Below are positions 27,186 to 35,557 of a DNA stretch of 64,000 nt, in pieces; positions within the stretch are counted from its first letter, which is position 1; the number at the start of each line of letters is the position of its first letter. The stretch is from a virus (lineage: Duplodnaviria > Caudoviricetes), in the IMG/VR virus record IMGVR_UViG_3300017917_003016, positions 32,001-96,000 of that record. One strand, written 5' to 3'. The position numbers and the translations under genes were made by a program. The notes under the pieces were generated by a model, which saw nothing but the letters and a program-made list of their open reading frames with translations, was not told the DNA's origin and made no database searches.

Positions 27186-27446
27186 ATGAACAGTCAAGCC
27201 ATTCAAACTGCTATCTATACTTGGGCAACCAACGGTAGTTTTTCTGCACCTTACGGTGTGCTCACTGGCCAACACGCCAGTCGCAATGGTCGCAACTATC
27301 ATTCAGTGACCTTTGGTCGTGCCCGCAGTCTGGACTGCGAAGTGCAGATCTACAACAGGAATTTTATTGTAGTACGTACTAACCGTCATGGTAGCCAGGT
27401 ATTTCGTAACTACCAAGACTGTCAAAACTTCCTGGATACTCTGTAA
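27186..27446 (+). CDS. Hypothetical early protein
   Basis: ORF directly behind R3. Confidence 0.65.
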   Translation: MNSQAIQTAIYTWATNGSFSAPYGVLTGQHASRNGRNYHSVTFGRARSLDCEVQIYNRNFIVVRTNRHGSQVFRNYQDCQNFLDTL

Positions 27447-27458
27447 TTCTTCCAACAG

Positions 27459-27465
27459 ATAAATA
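27459..27465 (+). promoter_or_regulatory. T4-like late promoter inside the early region
   Basis: ATAAATA 18 nt before the ATG at 27483. Confidence 0.55.
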
Positions 27466-27482
27466 TCTAACAAGGACCTGCA

Positions 27483-27665
27483 ATGAAAATCACTGAAGTT
27501 AGCAAGACCAATCGCCAAGCACTGCGCGAAAGCCTTGAACAGTCCAACGATACTGGTTTCAGTGTTGACGACCTTATGACTATCTACGATCTGCACAAGA
27601 ACGGTGATTGGGACTGTGTAGACGCCGATGATGAAATTGCACGTCTTGATGCTATGATTGACTAA
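27483..27665 (+). CDS. Small acidic protein, candidate antitoxin
   Basis: 60 aa, very acidic C-terminal half, directly upstream of the RelE/YafQ-like gene. Confidence 0.45.
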   Translation: MKITEVSKTNRQALRESLEQSNDTGFSVDDLMTIYDLHKNGDWDCVDADDEIARLDAMID

Positions 27666-27670
27666 TCAGT

Positions 27671-28072
27671 ATGCCTGCGCCGCGCGATAATAAACCACAA
27701 ATACAAAGAAAATTTTGGCGCAGTACAGAGTACCGAGATCAGGTCAACCCAGAAAATCCAAATCGAGTCCGCGGTTCAGTCAAAGATTCTCTTAAGAGAT
27801 TTTTGAGCAGCAAAAGAACTAATCCGCAACAGTCCTACGGCAACAAAGACTATCCGTTTACATCAGCAGGGCAATTTGCCCATGAAGTTCCGGGACTGAT
27901 GCATGCTCATTTAAGTCAAGATCTTTCCATAGTCTATAAAGTTCAAGGTAACGAAATATATCTTTTTGGGATATTTTCACATGCTGACCTTGGTACCGGA
28001 AATCCTCCAAATATTCGTAAACAAACTAGTATGGCACGAAGATTTGCCAACATGACCTTTACTGAAGAATGA
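27671..28072 (+). CDS. YafQ/RelE-like mRNA interferase
   Basis: HAHLSQDLSIVYKVQGNEIYLFGIFSHADL resembles the YafQ CH..D.LLIY...L.R.GSHS.L pattern. Confidence 0.55.
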   Translation: MPAPRDNKPQIQRKFWRSTEYRDQVNPENPNRVRGSVKDSLKRFLSSKRTNPQQSYGNKDYPFTSAGQFAHEVPGLMHAHLSQDLSIVYKVQGNEIYLFGIFSHADLGTGNPPNIRKQTSMARRFANMTFTEE

Positions 28073-28076
28073 CTCT

Positions 28077-28141
28077 TTGGTTGACAACCCTGCTCTAGAC
28101 CTGTATAATAGCGGTACAGTGAACAACAAGGAGCAACAACA
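28077..28141 (+). promoter_or_regulatory. Early promoter-RBS cassette R4
   Basis: TTGG-TTGACA-N17-TATAAT...AACAACAAGGAGCA. Confidence 0.82.
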
Positions 28142-28297
28142 ATGACCCACAATGAAATCATGGACGAATGGGCACGTCGACTCAATTACGTTGCACAACT
28201 GTTCCGTGAAGGTGAGATTGATCTGTGTGAGTTTGACGAACGCAACGCTGCGGTGCAAGGTTGGTTTGACACTGAGTATGCCAAGGTAGTTGGTTAA
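28142..28297 (+). CDS. Small early protein (51 aa)
   Basis: Manually read MTHNEIMDEW...AKVVG. Confidence 0.65.
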   Translation: MTHNEIMDEWARRLNYVAQLFREGEIDLCEFDERNAAVQGWFDTEYAKVVG

Positions 28298-28316
28298 TTT
28301 TAACAAGGAGCGCACA

Positions 28317-28406
28317 ATGTATATTCCCCAACCTGTGATTATTTTTGTTGTGTCCCTTCTCATCGGCTACGGCGCTGCTGACATTTTTGCAAAATTCTTC
28401 AATTAA
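28317..28406 (+). CDS. Small membrane peptide (29 aa)
   Basis: MYIPQPVIIFVVSLLIGYGAADIFAKFFN with an AAGGAG RBS. Confidence 0.55.
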   Translation: MYIPQPVIIFVVSLLIGYGAADIFAKFFN

Positions 28407-28431
28407 TCACTTGCTCAATCAGGAGATAACT

Positions 28432-28701
28432 ATGACTGCACAAGAAATCGTTCGCGAGATCGTCACTGGCAACTTCACTGCTGATGAAGTTCGCAGTTTC
28501 TACGACGCCTATAAGTTTGCTGCCAATCAACTGTCGCGCAAGGCAACCTTTACTCTGCGCCGAGGCGACAAGGTCAAGTTCAAGGACCGCTATGGTTTGG
28601 AAGTGATCGGTACTGTGCAGGACATCAAGATCAAGAACGTAGTGGTTAAGACTACGTTGTATACCTACCGTGTGCCGGCTAGCATGGTGACTGCGGCTTA
28701 A
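28432..28701 (+). CDS. Hypothetical protein with an SH3-like C-terminus
   Basis: AGGAGA RBS; GDKVKF...GTVQDIKIKNVVV...YRVPASMV. Confidence 0.65.
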   Translation: MTAQEIVREIVTGNFTADEVRSFYDAYKFAANQLSRKATFTLRRGDKVKFKDRYGLEVIGTVQDIKIKNVVVKTTLYTYRVPASMVTAA

Positions 28702-28703
28702 TT

Positions 28704-28907
28704 ATGATTATTACCGAAGAACGTCAAATGGTTCTGCAGGCAGTGCTTGACGGGCAACTGAGTGCAGATTATGTCACCGACGAAGAACTTATCTTTCTGC
28801 ATCACAGTCTAGCAGATTCTACTATTGAAGAAGCCATGTATGCAGCAGAGTCTCGCAATGATGTGACGGTGTTTGGTCTTGACTGGGAATATGCGCAGCC
28901 CAATTGA
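28704..28907 (+). CDS. Hypothetical protein
   Basis: ORF track. Confidence 0.55.
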   Translation: MIITEERQMVLQAVLDGQLSADYVTDEELIFLHHSLADSTIEEAMYAAESRNDVTVFGLDWEYAQPN

Positions 28908-29106
28908 CACCAAAAGATATCCTTATCAGGTTGTGGTTGTTGAGCCTATACCAGTCATGGCACACATTTGGTTAAAAAATAATCAAATTGATCACAAGGA
29001 CTCCTTTACTGAGGGTGCTGCTGTGGGACAGTTAGATCCTCTGGTGCGTTGTATCTATTTTGCCGATGCTCGTGATGCTGCTTGGTTTGCTTTGAAGTGG
29101 TCATAA
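28891..29106 (+). CDS. Hypothetical protein
   Basis: C-terminal YFADARDAAWFALKW. Confidence 0.55.
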   Translation: MRSPIDTKRYPYQVVVVEPIPVMAHIWLKNNQIDHKDSFTEGAAVGQLDPLVRCIYFADARDAAWFALKWS

Positions 29107-29126
29107 AATTTGAAATTAGGTAAATT

Positions 29127-29318
29127 ATGATAGAAAAAACTAGATTAGATGGATTACTGTTCGCCATGTTAGGCGACAGTCAGTTGGTAGAACGTTGGTG
29201 GTATAGTCCTAACAAGGCCTTTGACTCAGAAAGGCCGATTGATGTTTTTGTACTAGAGCCCGATCGAGTCAGAGACTATGTCATGCGTATGGCCAATCTC
29301 AACAGTGACTACGACTGA
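29127..29318 (+). CDS. Xre/MbcA/ParS antitoxin C-terminal-like domain (DUF2384-like), standalone
   Basis: VERWWYSPNKAFDSERPIDV resembles A..WL..PN.AL.G..P.DL. Confidence 0.55.
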   Translation: MIEKTRLDGLLFAMLGDSQLVERWWYSPNKAFDSERPIDVFVLEPDRVRDYVMRMANLNSDYD

Positions 29319-29384
29319 TTTTGGTTGACATTTTGGTCCGTTGATCGTACAATAGCATCATACTAACAACAACGGAGCAAGACT
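29317..29384 (+). promoter_or_regulatory. Early promoter-RBS cassette R5
   Basis: GATTTTGG-TTGACA-N17-TACAAT...AACAACAACGGAGCA. Confidence 0.85.
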
Positions 29385-30014
29385 ATGGCCTACTACCGCA
29401 AGCACCAAGTGGAAGAACCCCGTTTTACGGTCAAGGAGATTGTGGCCGCAGCCATTATTCAAGATGAACAACATCCCACAAAGGACGGTGTTCCGCTGAC
29501 TACTCGTGACATCCTTGAAAGCACTCCTGTGCTGCCCGTGGCTCGTGCTGAGCAAATGATTGAAGAAGTACAGCAGAATTTTACTCTCAGCATGCTGCGC
29601 GGTCGAGAGTTCAGCAACTTCAATCGCAAGTTGGCAGAAATCATCAGCGAGCCTGAAGCCAAAACCAACAGCAATTTTGGTATCCTTGCTTATGTTCCCA
29701 GTGTTCACCGTGACCTGGTCAAGACCAACACTATTACTGAACAAACCTGTGACAGCCGCTATCAAGGACGCACAGGCGAAACTTTGAATTTTACGGCTCG
29801 CGTGTTGAACTGCCGTTACATTGCCAGTTATGGTTTCTATACCGCACTGTTGCTTGACGACACCGGTAACGTCTACAGTTTCAGTCCTAAGGCTTCGCTA
29901 GATGAAGGTGCGACTGTGACCATCCGTGGCAAGGTCAAGGCACACAAGCAGGACAAGTACAACAACAACGTTGAGACTACCTATCTCAACTATGTCAAGA
30001 TTCAAAAAAATTAA
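29385..30014 (+). CDS. Early protein with a probable C-terminal OB fold
   Basis: beta-strand-rich C-terminus ending IRGKVKAHKQD...TTYLNYVKI. Confidence 0.5.
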   Translation: MAYYRKHQVEEPRFTVKEIVAAAIIQDEQHPTKDGVPLTTRDILESTPVLPVARAEQMIEEVQQNFTLSMLRGREFSNFNRKLAEIISEPEAKTNSNFGILAYVPSVHRDLVKTNTITEQTCDSRYQGRTGETLNFTARVLNCRYIASYGFYTALLLDDTGNVYSFSPKASLDEGATVTIRGKVKAHKQDKYNNNVETTYLNYVKIQKN

Positions 30015-30018
30015 ACAA

Positions 30019-30088
30019 GATTTGGTTGACAGGCTTACCAAAATATCATATAATAGCATCATAACGTAACAACACAGGAGCAGCACAA
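30019..30088 (+). promoter_or_regulatory. Early promoter-RBS cassette R6
   Basis: TTGACA-N17-TATAAT-AGCATCATAACGTAACAACACAGGAGCA; 3' part nearly identical to R1. Confidence 0.87.
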
Positions 30089-30490
30089 ATGGCCAAGATC
30101 TACACCTTCGACGAGAACATTGTTAGCGATCTGTACAAGGATGCCTATGGTCACCGCCCGGGCCAATCGTTCTGGGAAATGTGGAAGACTGTCACCGACC
30201 GTGACCGCCAAGAAATTTGGGACAACCTGCTTGAGGCTCTGGACCGTGCCGTTGAGCAAGAACGTGCTGCCCGGACTCGTGCCGAGCATGACTTCCAGTT
30301 CACTATTGCTAGCCTGATGCATGCAGGTGCCAAGGACTTTGAAATGGCCGTTCGTTGGCTACATGACGCAAACGACACCCAAGGTGACGATGAGTACCTG
30401 GAGTACAAGTTGGGAATTGGCTACGGCTATATCCGCGAGGCTCGTGAGTCCATGCAGGTTGCCAATGAACTGCTGGCACAAACCGCATAA
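30089..30490 (+). CDS. Hypothetical early protein
   Basis: SDLYKDAYGHRP motif. Confidence 0.65.
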   Translation: MAKIYTFDENIVSDLYKDAYGHRPGQSFWEMWKTVTDRDRQEIWDNLLEALDRAVEQERAARTRAEHDFQFTIASLMHAGAKDFEMAVRWLHDANDTQGDDEYLEYKLGIGYGYIREARESMQVANELLAQTA

Positions 30491-30570
30491 GTGGTTGACA
30501 ACTAGATCCAAAGATCATATAATACTGAAACTGTAGTACAAAACACAATAACTTTTCAGGAGCATAGACA
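30491..30570 (+). promoter_or_regulatory. Early promoter R7
   Basis: GTGG-TTGACA-N17-TATAAT...CAGGAGCATAGACA. Confidence 0.82.
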
Positions 30571-31398
30571 ATGAAGACTACCACTCGTACTCGCGTTCGT
30601 ATTGCCAAGGCCCCGGTCAAGACTGAAGCCCAGCGCATGCAGGAGATTGCTGAACGTTTTGAAATCCTGGATGAAATGGCCAAGGCCACTACCAACGGTG
30701 ATATCCGTGCTATGATTGTTTCGGGCCCTCCGGGTGTGGGCAAGAGTTTTGGCATCGAGCGTGTTATTGACAAGGCTGTGTTGTTTGACCAAGTGGCCGG
30801 CAAGCGTCTGCGCTGCGAAGTGGTCAAGGGTGCTGCCAGTGCCATTGGCCTGTATACCACTCTGTACAAGTACAGTGATCCTAACTGTGTTGTGGTGTTC
30901 GATGACTGTGATAGCATCCTGTTGGACGATGTCTGTCTTAACCTGCTTAAGGGTGCACTGGACTCGGGCAAGAAGCGCCGCATTTCGTGGCTCAGCGACA
31001 GCAACATTCTGCGCCGCGAAGGTGTGCCTAATCAGTTCGACTTCAAGGGTGCTGTGATCTTTATCACCAACCTTAAGTTTGATGACATGAAGAGCAAGAA
31101 GTTGGCTGACCACCTTGAGGCTCTGCAAAGCCGTTGCCACTACATTGACCTGGCTCTGGACACTACTGAAGACAAGATTCTGCGTATCAAGCAGATTGCT
31201 GCTACTGGTGAACTGTTCCAAGATTATGAGTTTGATCAGTGCGTTCAGGACGAAATCATCGAGTTTATGACTACTAACAGCAGTCATCTTCGTGAAATCA
31301 GTCTGCGTATGGCCATCAAGATTGCTGACCTGCGCAAGAGTTTCCCTGTCAAGTGGCAGGCCCTGGCTCGTACTACCTGTATGAAGGCCGCGGCGTAA
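30571..31398 (+). CDS. AAA+ ATPase
   Basis: Walker A GPPGVGKS; Walker B VVVFDDCD; NLLKGALD, IFITN and ALQSRC motifs. Confidence 0.88.
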   Translation: MKTTTRTRVRIAKAPVKTEAQRMQEIAERFEILDEMAKATTNGDIRAMIVSGPPGVGKSFGIERVIDKAVLFDQVAGKRLRCEVVKGAASAIGLYTTLYKYSDPNCVVVFDDCDSILLDDVCLNLLKGALDSGKKRRISWLSDSNILRREGVPNQFDFKGAVIFITNLKFDDMKSKKLADHLEALQSRCHYIDLALDTTEDKILRIKQIAATGELFQDYEFDQCVQDEIIEFMTTNSSHLREISLRMAIKIADLRKSFPVKWQALARTTCMKAAA

Positions 31399-31409
31399 TC
31401 AATTTTGTC

Positions 31410-31489
31410 TGAGGTAATAACTCCACGTGATAACTATTTTTTGCAGTACCTCGGCGCACTTTTTATTGTCTAGCTCCTAGTGCATCGAG
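31410..31489 (+). ncRNA. Candidate structured 3'UTR or small RNA with an anti-RBS loop
   Basis: Stem 31450-31460/31479-31489; the loop carries ATTGTCTAGCTCCT, complementary to early translation starts. Confidence 0.45.
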
Positions 31490-31493
31490 TTTT

Positions 31494-31522
31494 AAGCCCA
31501 GAGTTTTCTCTGGGCTTTTTTT
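31494..31522 (+). terminator. Rho-independent terminator
   Basis: AAGCCCAGAG-TTTT-CTCTGGGCTT followed by TTTTT. Confidence 0.88.
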
Positions 31523-31567
31523 ACCTTAACAGTTGCATTTGTTTTCAACAAACTATATACTAATAAG

Positions 31568-32707
31568 ATGACCAAATATTCATATGTTGAAGACTATCTA
31601 GAACTCCTAGCAGGCTACGAACCTAACAACCTGCTCAATCAGTTTACGTATTCTTTGCCAGGTAAGATAGTTAAACTGGCCCGTTATGACATCAGTGTGG
31701 TAGAAAACATGGCCAACAACACCATATGGGGTACTGCACTAACTGATCGTCAGGCGGAATTGGCAGTCAAGTTGATTTTGAAATATCGCAGACAATTTGC
31801 TGCCAAAGGTATAGATGTTAGTCCGGTTGAAACACCCACCTTTCGAATCCCAATTAGAAAAATTGATCGAACAAAGAGCATCATACTTGATCAAGATCTC
31901 GTAAAAATTAGATTTCCCTATGATCAAAAGTATATCGATGCCATGCAAAATTTGCAGAAGCAAAACAAAGGGCTAGTGACCTTTGATAGACACTCTAAGA
32001 CATGGCAGTCCAGAATAACCGAATATACTATTAACTATCTTGTGGCCTGGGGCGAGGCCAATGACTTTGCAATCTGCGACGGTGTTAGGTCACTGATGAA
32101 TATAATTGATGCCTGTGGACAAACTTCCTACGAAATAAAATTAGTCACTACAGACCAAGGTTTTGCCATTACCAATGCAGCCAAATCTTTAGTTGACTAC
32201 GTCGACAATCACATCGGTGGATTTGCACACGACAACGTGATAAAACTAGTTGATCATGCGGGGCTCTTGGGTTACACCGTAGACGACAGTATACTCGCGC
32301 AAGTGCCCGGCTTTCTGACTCAGATTGGCCCAAACCACTCAACACACCTATCGCCCACTAGCGAGAATTTTGAAAGAATTTTAGACTATGCCAAACTTAC
32401 CAATAGGTATCCTATTTGCATTTATGAACCGGGTGCTATCGGAGTTAACAGCACCATAGATCTAAGTCAATTTAGCGAACAAGACATTCTTCGTTTTGAC
32501 CACAACGGTAAAACTAAGACTAGAAATTACAACCTTAGTGACGTTAAAATTGTACATGCAAAAAAGATTCCATCGCACTGGAACTTTTCAGTTCCCTTGC
32601 TAGTGACCACAGTAGAAATGATGTATGGTGGTCGTAGAGTTGACTGGACTCGCCGTGCTGAAAGAATAATTTATTTTACAAATGCAATGCTCAGGGACAC
32701 TGCCTAA
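31568..32707 (+). CDS. Hypothetical protein coupled to the helicase
   Basis: ORF track; ALTDRQAELAVKLILKYRRQ; upstream TTGCAT-N17-TATACT. Confidence 0.65.
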   Translation: MTKYSYVEDYLELLAGYEPNNLLNQFTYSLPGKIVKLARYDISVVENMANNTIWGTALTDRQAELAVKLILKYRRQFAAKGIDVSPVETPTFRIPIRKIDRTKSIILDQDLVKIRFPYDQKYIDAMQNLQKQNKGLVTFDRHSKTWQSRITEYTINYLVAWGEANDFAICDGVRSLMNIIDACGQTSYEIKLVTTDQGFAITNAAKSLVDYVDNHIGGFAHDNVIKLVDHAGLLGYTVDDSILAQVPGFLTQIGPNHSTHLSPTSENFERILDYAKLTNRYPICIYEPGAIGVNSTIDLSQFSEQDILRFDHNGKTKTRNYNLSDVKIVHAKKIPSHWNFSVPLLVTTVEMMYGGRRVDWTRRAERIIYFTNAMLRDTA

Positions 32708-34164
32708 TGGCCACAGCAAGACTGATAATCAAAGACGAAGTTAATGTAAAGATCGAAGGCCTAGATCTAACCGAACGCAAGGAACTCAGCAACAAATTCA
32801 AGTATGAAATCCCCGGTGCTCGTTATTTGCCTGCAGTGCGTCTGGGACGATGGGATGGAAAGGTAGCATTTTTTCAACTGGGCGGCAGCACGTACATTAA
32901 TCTTTTACCAGAAATCATACCTTATCTAGAATCACGTGGTTATGACATAGACGTAGAAGATCTAAGAAATTATCAAACACAGTTTGCATTCAAAGAAATC
33001 AAGGAAACAAGTTATGAGAACACCACGTGGCCTGAGAAACATCCCATGGCTGGTCAGCCTATTAGGTTGCGAGATTATCAAGTTGAGATTATCAATCGTT
33101 TCTTAGAAAACCCGCAGTGCCTGCAAGAGGTAGCCACTGGTGCAGGCAAGACTTTGATCACTGCGGCTCTGAGTCACAGTTGCGAGCCACACGGTCGCAC
33201 TATTGTAATTGTGCCCAATAAGAGCCTGGTCACCCAGACCGAAGTAGACTATCGTAATCTAGGCCTGGACGTTGGTGTGTACTTTGGTGATCGTAAAGAG
33301 TATGACCACACGCACACTATCTGCACATGGCAAAGCCTTAATATCTTACTCAAAGGCTCACGCAGTCATGAAGTAGACATCACTATACAGGAGTTTATAC
33401 AAGACGTAGTCTGCGTTATAGTAGATGAAGTGCACATGGCCAAAGCAGATGCACTAAAGACCTTGTTAACAGGTGTAATGAGCCATATACCCATACGGTG
33501 GGGTCTTACTGGAACCATACCTAAAGAAAACTACGAACAGGTCAGCCTGTTGTGTTCACTAGGTCCAGTGGTTGGTAAACTCAGCGCCAGCGAACTTCAG
33601 GAGCAAGGGGTTTTGGCCAGTTGCCATGTAAATATACTACAGTTGGCAGACTTTGTAGAGTACAAGGATTATCAAAGCGAACTTCGCTATCTGTTGGAAA
33701 CAGAAGGCCGCCTAGACTATATCGCTCAATTGGTTGAGAACATAAGATCTACAGGAAATACTCTGTTGTTGGTGGATCGTATTGCACCAGGCAAGGCTTT
33801 GGTAGAAAGGATACGCGATGCGGTATTTGTTTCGGGCGGCACAAAAGCGGATGACAGAAAAGACCACTATGACGATGTGGCAACCAGTGACGACAAAGTT
33901 ATTGTTGCTACCTATGGTGTTGCTGCTGTGGGCATTAATATTCCCCGTATTTTTAATCTTGTTTTGGTTGAGCCTGGTAAGAGTTTTGTTCGCGTCATCC
34001 AATCAATTGGGCGTGGTATTCGCAAGGCGGAAGACAAAGACTTTGTTCAAATCTGGGACGTAACCAGTACCTGTAAGTTTGCCAAACGGCATCTAACCAA
34101 ACGCAAGCAATTTTATAAGGATGCCAACTATCCTTTCGCTGTTGAAAAAGTTGACTGGCAATAG
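32707..34164 (+). CDS. uvsW: Superfamily 2 helicase, UvsW-like
   Basis: LRDYQ, ATGAGKT, DEVH, GLTGT and QSIGRGIR motifs. Confidence 0.8.
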   Translation: MATARLIIKDEVNVKIEGLDLTERKELSNKFKYEIPGARYLPAVRLGRWDGKVAFFQLGGSTYINLLPEIIPYLESRGYDIDVEDLRNYQTQFAFKEIKETSYENTTWPEKHPMAGQPIRLRDYQVEIINRFLENPQCLQEVATGAGKTLITAALSHSCEPHGRTIVIVPNKSLVTQTEVDYRNLGLDVGVYFGDRKEYDHTHTICTWQSLNILLKGSRSHEVDITIQEFIQDVVCVIVDEVHMAKADALKTLLTGVMSHIPIRWGLTGTIPKENYEQVSLLCSLGPVVGKLSASELQEQGVLASCHVNILQLADFVEYKDYQSELRYLLETEGRLDYIAQLVENIRSTGNTLLLVDRIAPGKALVERIRDAVFVSGGTKADDRKDHYDDVATSDDKVIVATYGVAAVGINIPRIFNLVLVEPGKSFVRVIQSIGRGIRKAEDKDFVQIWDVTSTCKFAKRHLTKRKQFYKDANYPFAVEKVDWQ

Positions 34165-34175
34165 GAAAGATTTTA

Positions 34176-34778
34176 GTGGGCAAAACATATCAACAGACTG
34201 AATATTATCTATCCAACGATGATGGTATATTTTTAGAGATTGGTTCAACAAGAGAAGAAAACTCGTCAGAGTATTTTGCTAAAGTAGCAAAAAAACACAA
34301 TTCTAAATTTATTTCTGTAGACATTGATGCTGATTGTTCTAATAGATTTACTAGTGATATTGACGTAGAATTCTATTCAATGAGCGGATCTGAATTTGCA
34401 GAAAAAATACTCCCAACGTTGGGAGTCAAAGTCAAATGTTTGTATTTAGACAATATGGATTGGATTTGGACTCCGTTGAATCTTCCCTTGTGGATGCAAG
34501 AGCAGATAGATTGGTATAGACAAAATTTTAATATAAAGTTAACTAATTTATCTAGCCAGGCTGAACATTTAAAACAAATGATATTCATATTGCCGCATAT
34601 GGCTGAAAAAAGTGTTATAGTGTGTGATGATACTTATAAGATTCCTGAACAAACATATACTGGTAAGTGTGGAGCAGTAATTCCATTGTTGATAGATCAT
34701 GGTTATCAAATAGTCTACGAGGATGAATATCAGGCAGGACTTATTCTTAGAAATTTTAAAGTTGACAATAACGAATGA
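34176..34778 (+). CDS. Methyltransferase-fold hypothetical protein
   Basis: FLEIGSTR, ISVDID, LYLDN and VIVCDDT motifs. Confidence 0.5.
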   Translation: MGKTYQQTEYYLSNDDGIFLEIGSTREENSSEYFAKVAKKHNSKFISVDIDADCSNRFTSDIDVEFYSMSGSEFAEKILPTLGVKVKCLYLDNMDWIWTPLNLPLWMQEQIDWYRQNFNIKLTNLSSQAEHLKQMIFILPHMAEKSVIVCDDTYKIPEQTYTGKCGAVIPLLIDHGYQIVYEDEYQAGLILRNFKVDNNE

Positions 34779-34892
34779 TCAATTGACCTTTTTAATTACC
34801 TAAACGCAAGGCATGCTAAAAAGAAGTCAACCATTCATGCTCTGTATACAAATACTGATGCAATATCATATAAATTACGTAGGAAATAATTA

Positions 34893-35393
34893 ATGTACAT
34901 ACTAACACTAGAAAATCGCGCATATGAAATGAATGAAATCCCAGACGAAGTTGAAGATCTTCGTTTTGCTATCTTAGACAATTCAGATCCTAAGAATCCA
35001 GACTATTTTTTTATTCCTCTGATATTTTTAGAAAGTTTTAATAGTCCGGCACTGGTCTTGAGCATAGGAGGCAACATAGTCAAAATGCCTGTAGACTGGC
35101 AGGTTCTAATTGGTGAACCTGAGTTTGGTGACTTAGAAGTAGTACCATTGACCAGCATCAATGATCGCGGGTTTTCAGCATTTACCTTTAACCCTTTAGA
35201 GAGTTTTAAGCCAGAGTTTCATCCAGTGGAAATTGTAGACATCTATCAAGATGTTAAATGGTATTTTCCTAAACTTAAACCTGGTCAGATGCTGGCAGTG
35301 CCTATTGCAGACGGGGACCAACCACTGTGTGCTTACTTTGTCAAAGACATAAGTAGACAAAGTGAAATCGTTGACTATGGGAAGATATGGTGA
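34893..35393 (+). CDS. Hypothetical protein
   Basis: ORF track. Confidence 0.7.
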   Translation: MYILTLENRAYEMNEIPDEVEDLRFAILDNSDPKNPDYFFIPLIFLESFNSPALVLSIGGNIVKMPVDWQVLIGEPEFGDLEVVPLTSINDRGFSAFTFNPLESFKPEFHPVEIVDIYQDVKWYFPKLKPGQMLAVPIADGDQPLCAYFVKDISRQSEIVDYGKIW

Positions 35394-35557
35394 TGACAGA
35401 TAATGAATGGTTGGCTAAGGTAAGAGTGGCCTATGCAGAGTACAGCAGGCAATATCCCAGTGCAGCCCCAGATGCAGAAATGTTTGTGCGTTGGCTGCAC
35501 CAACAGTATGGTATAATCTACAAGGAACGAGAACACAGTGGGCAGATTCAAACCTAA
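35393..35557 (+). CDS. Small hypothetical protein (54 aa)
   Basis: Manually read MTDNEWLAKV...QIQT; TGATG overlap. Confidence 0.55.
   Translation: MTDNEWLAKVRVAYAEYSRQYPSAAPDAEMFVRWLHQQYGIIYKEREHSGQIQT

Noticed and set aside
24077-30570. CRISPR array reading of the repeated cassettes
   Set aside because: The repeats are promoter-RBS elements separated by whole genes, not by 30-40 nt spacers, and no cas genes are present.
34893-35393. Possible degenerate Hint/intein-like fold
   Set aside because: There is no N-terminal Cys/Ser or C-terminal His-Asn, and the resemblance is too weak to support without a structure search.
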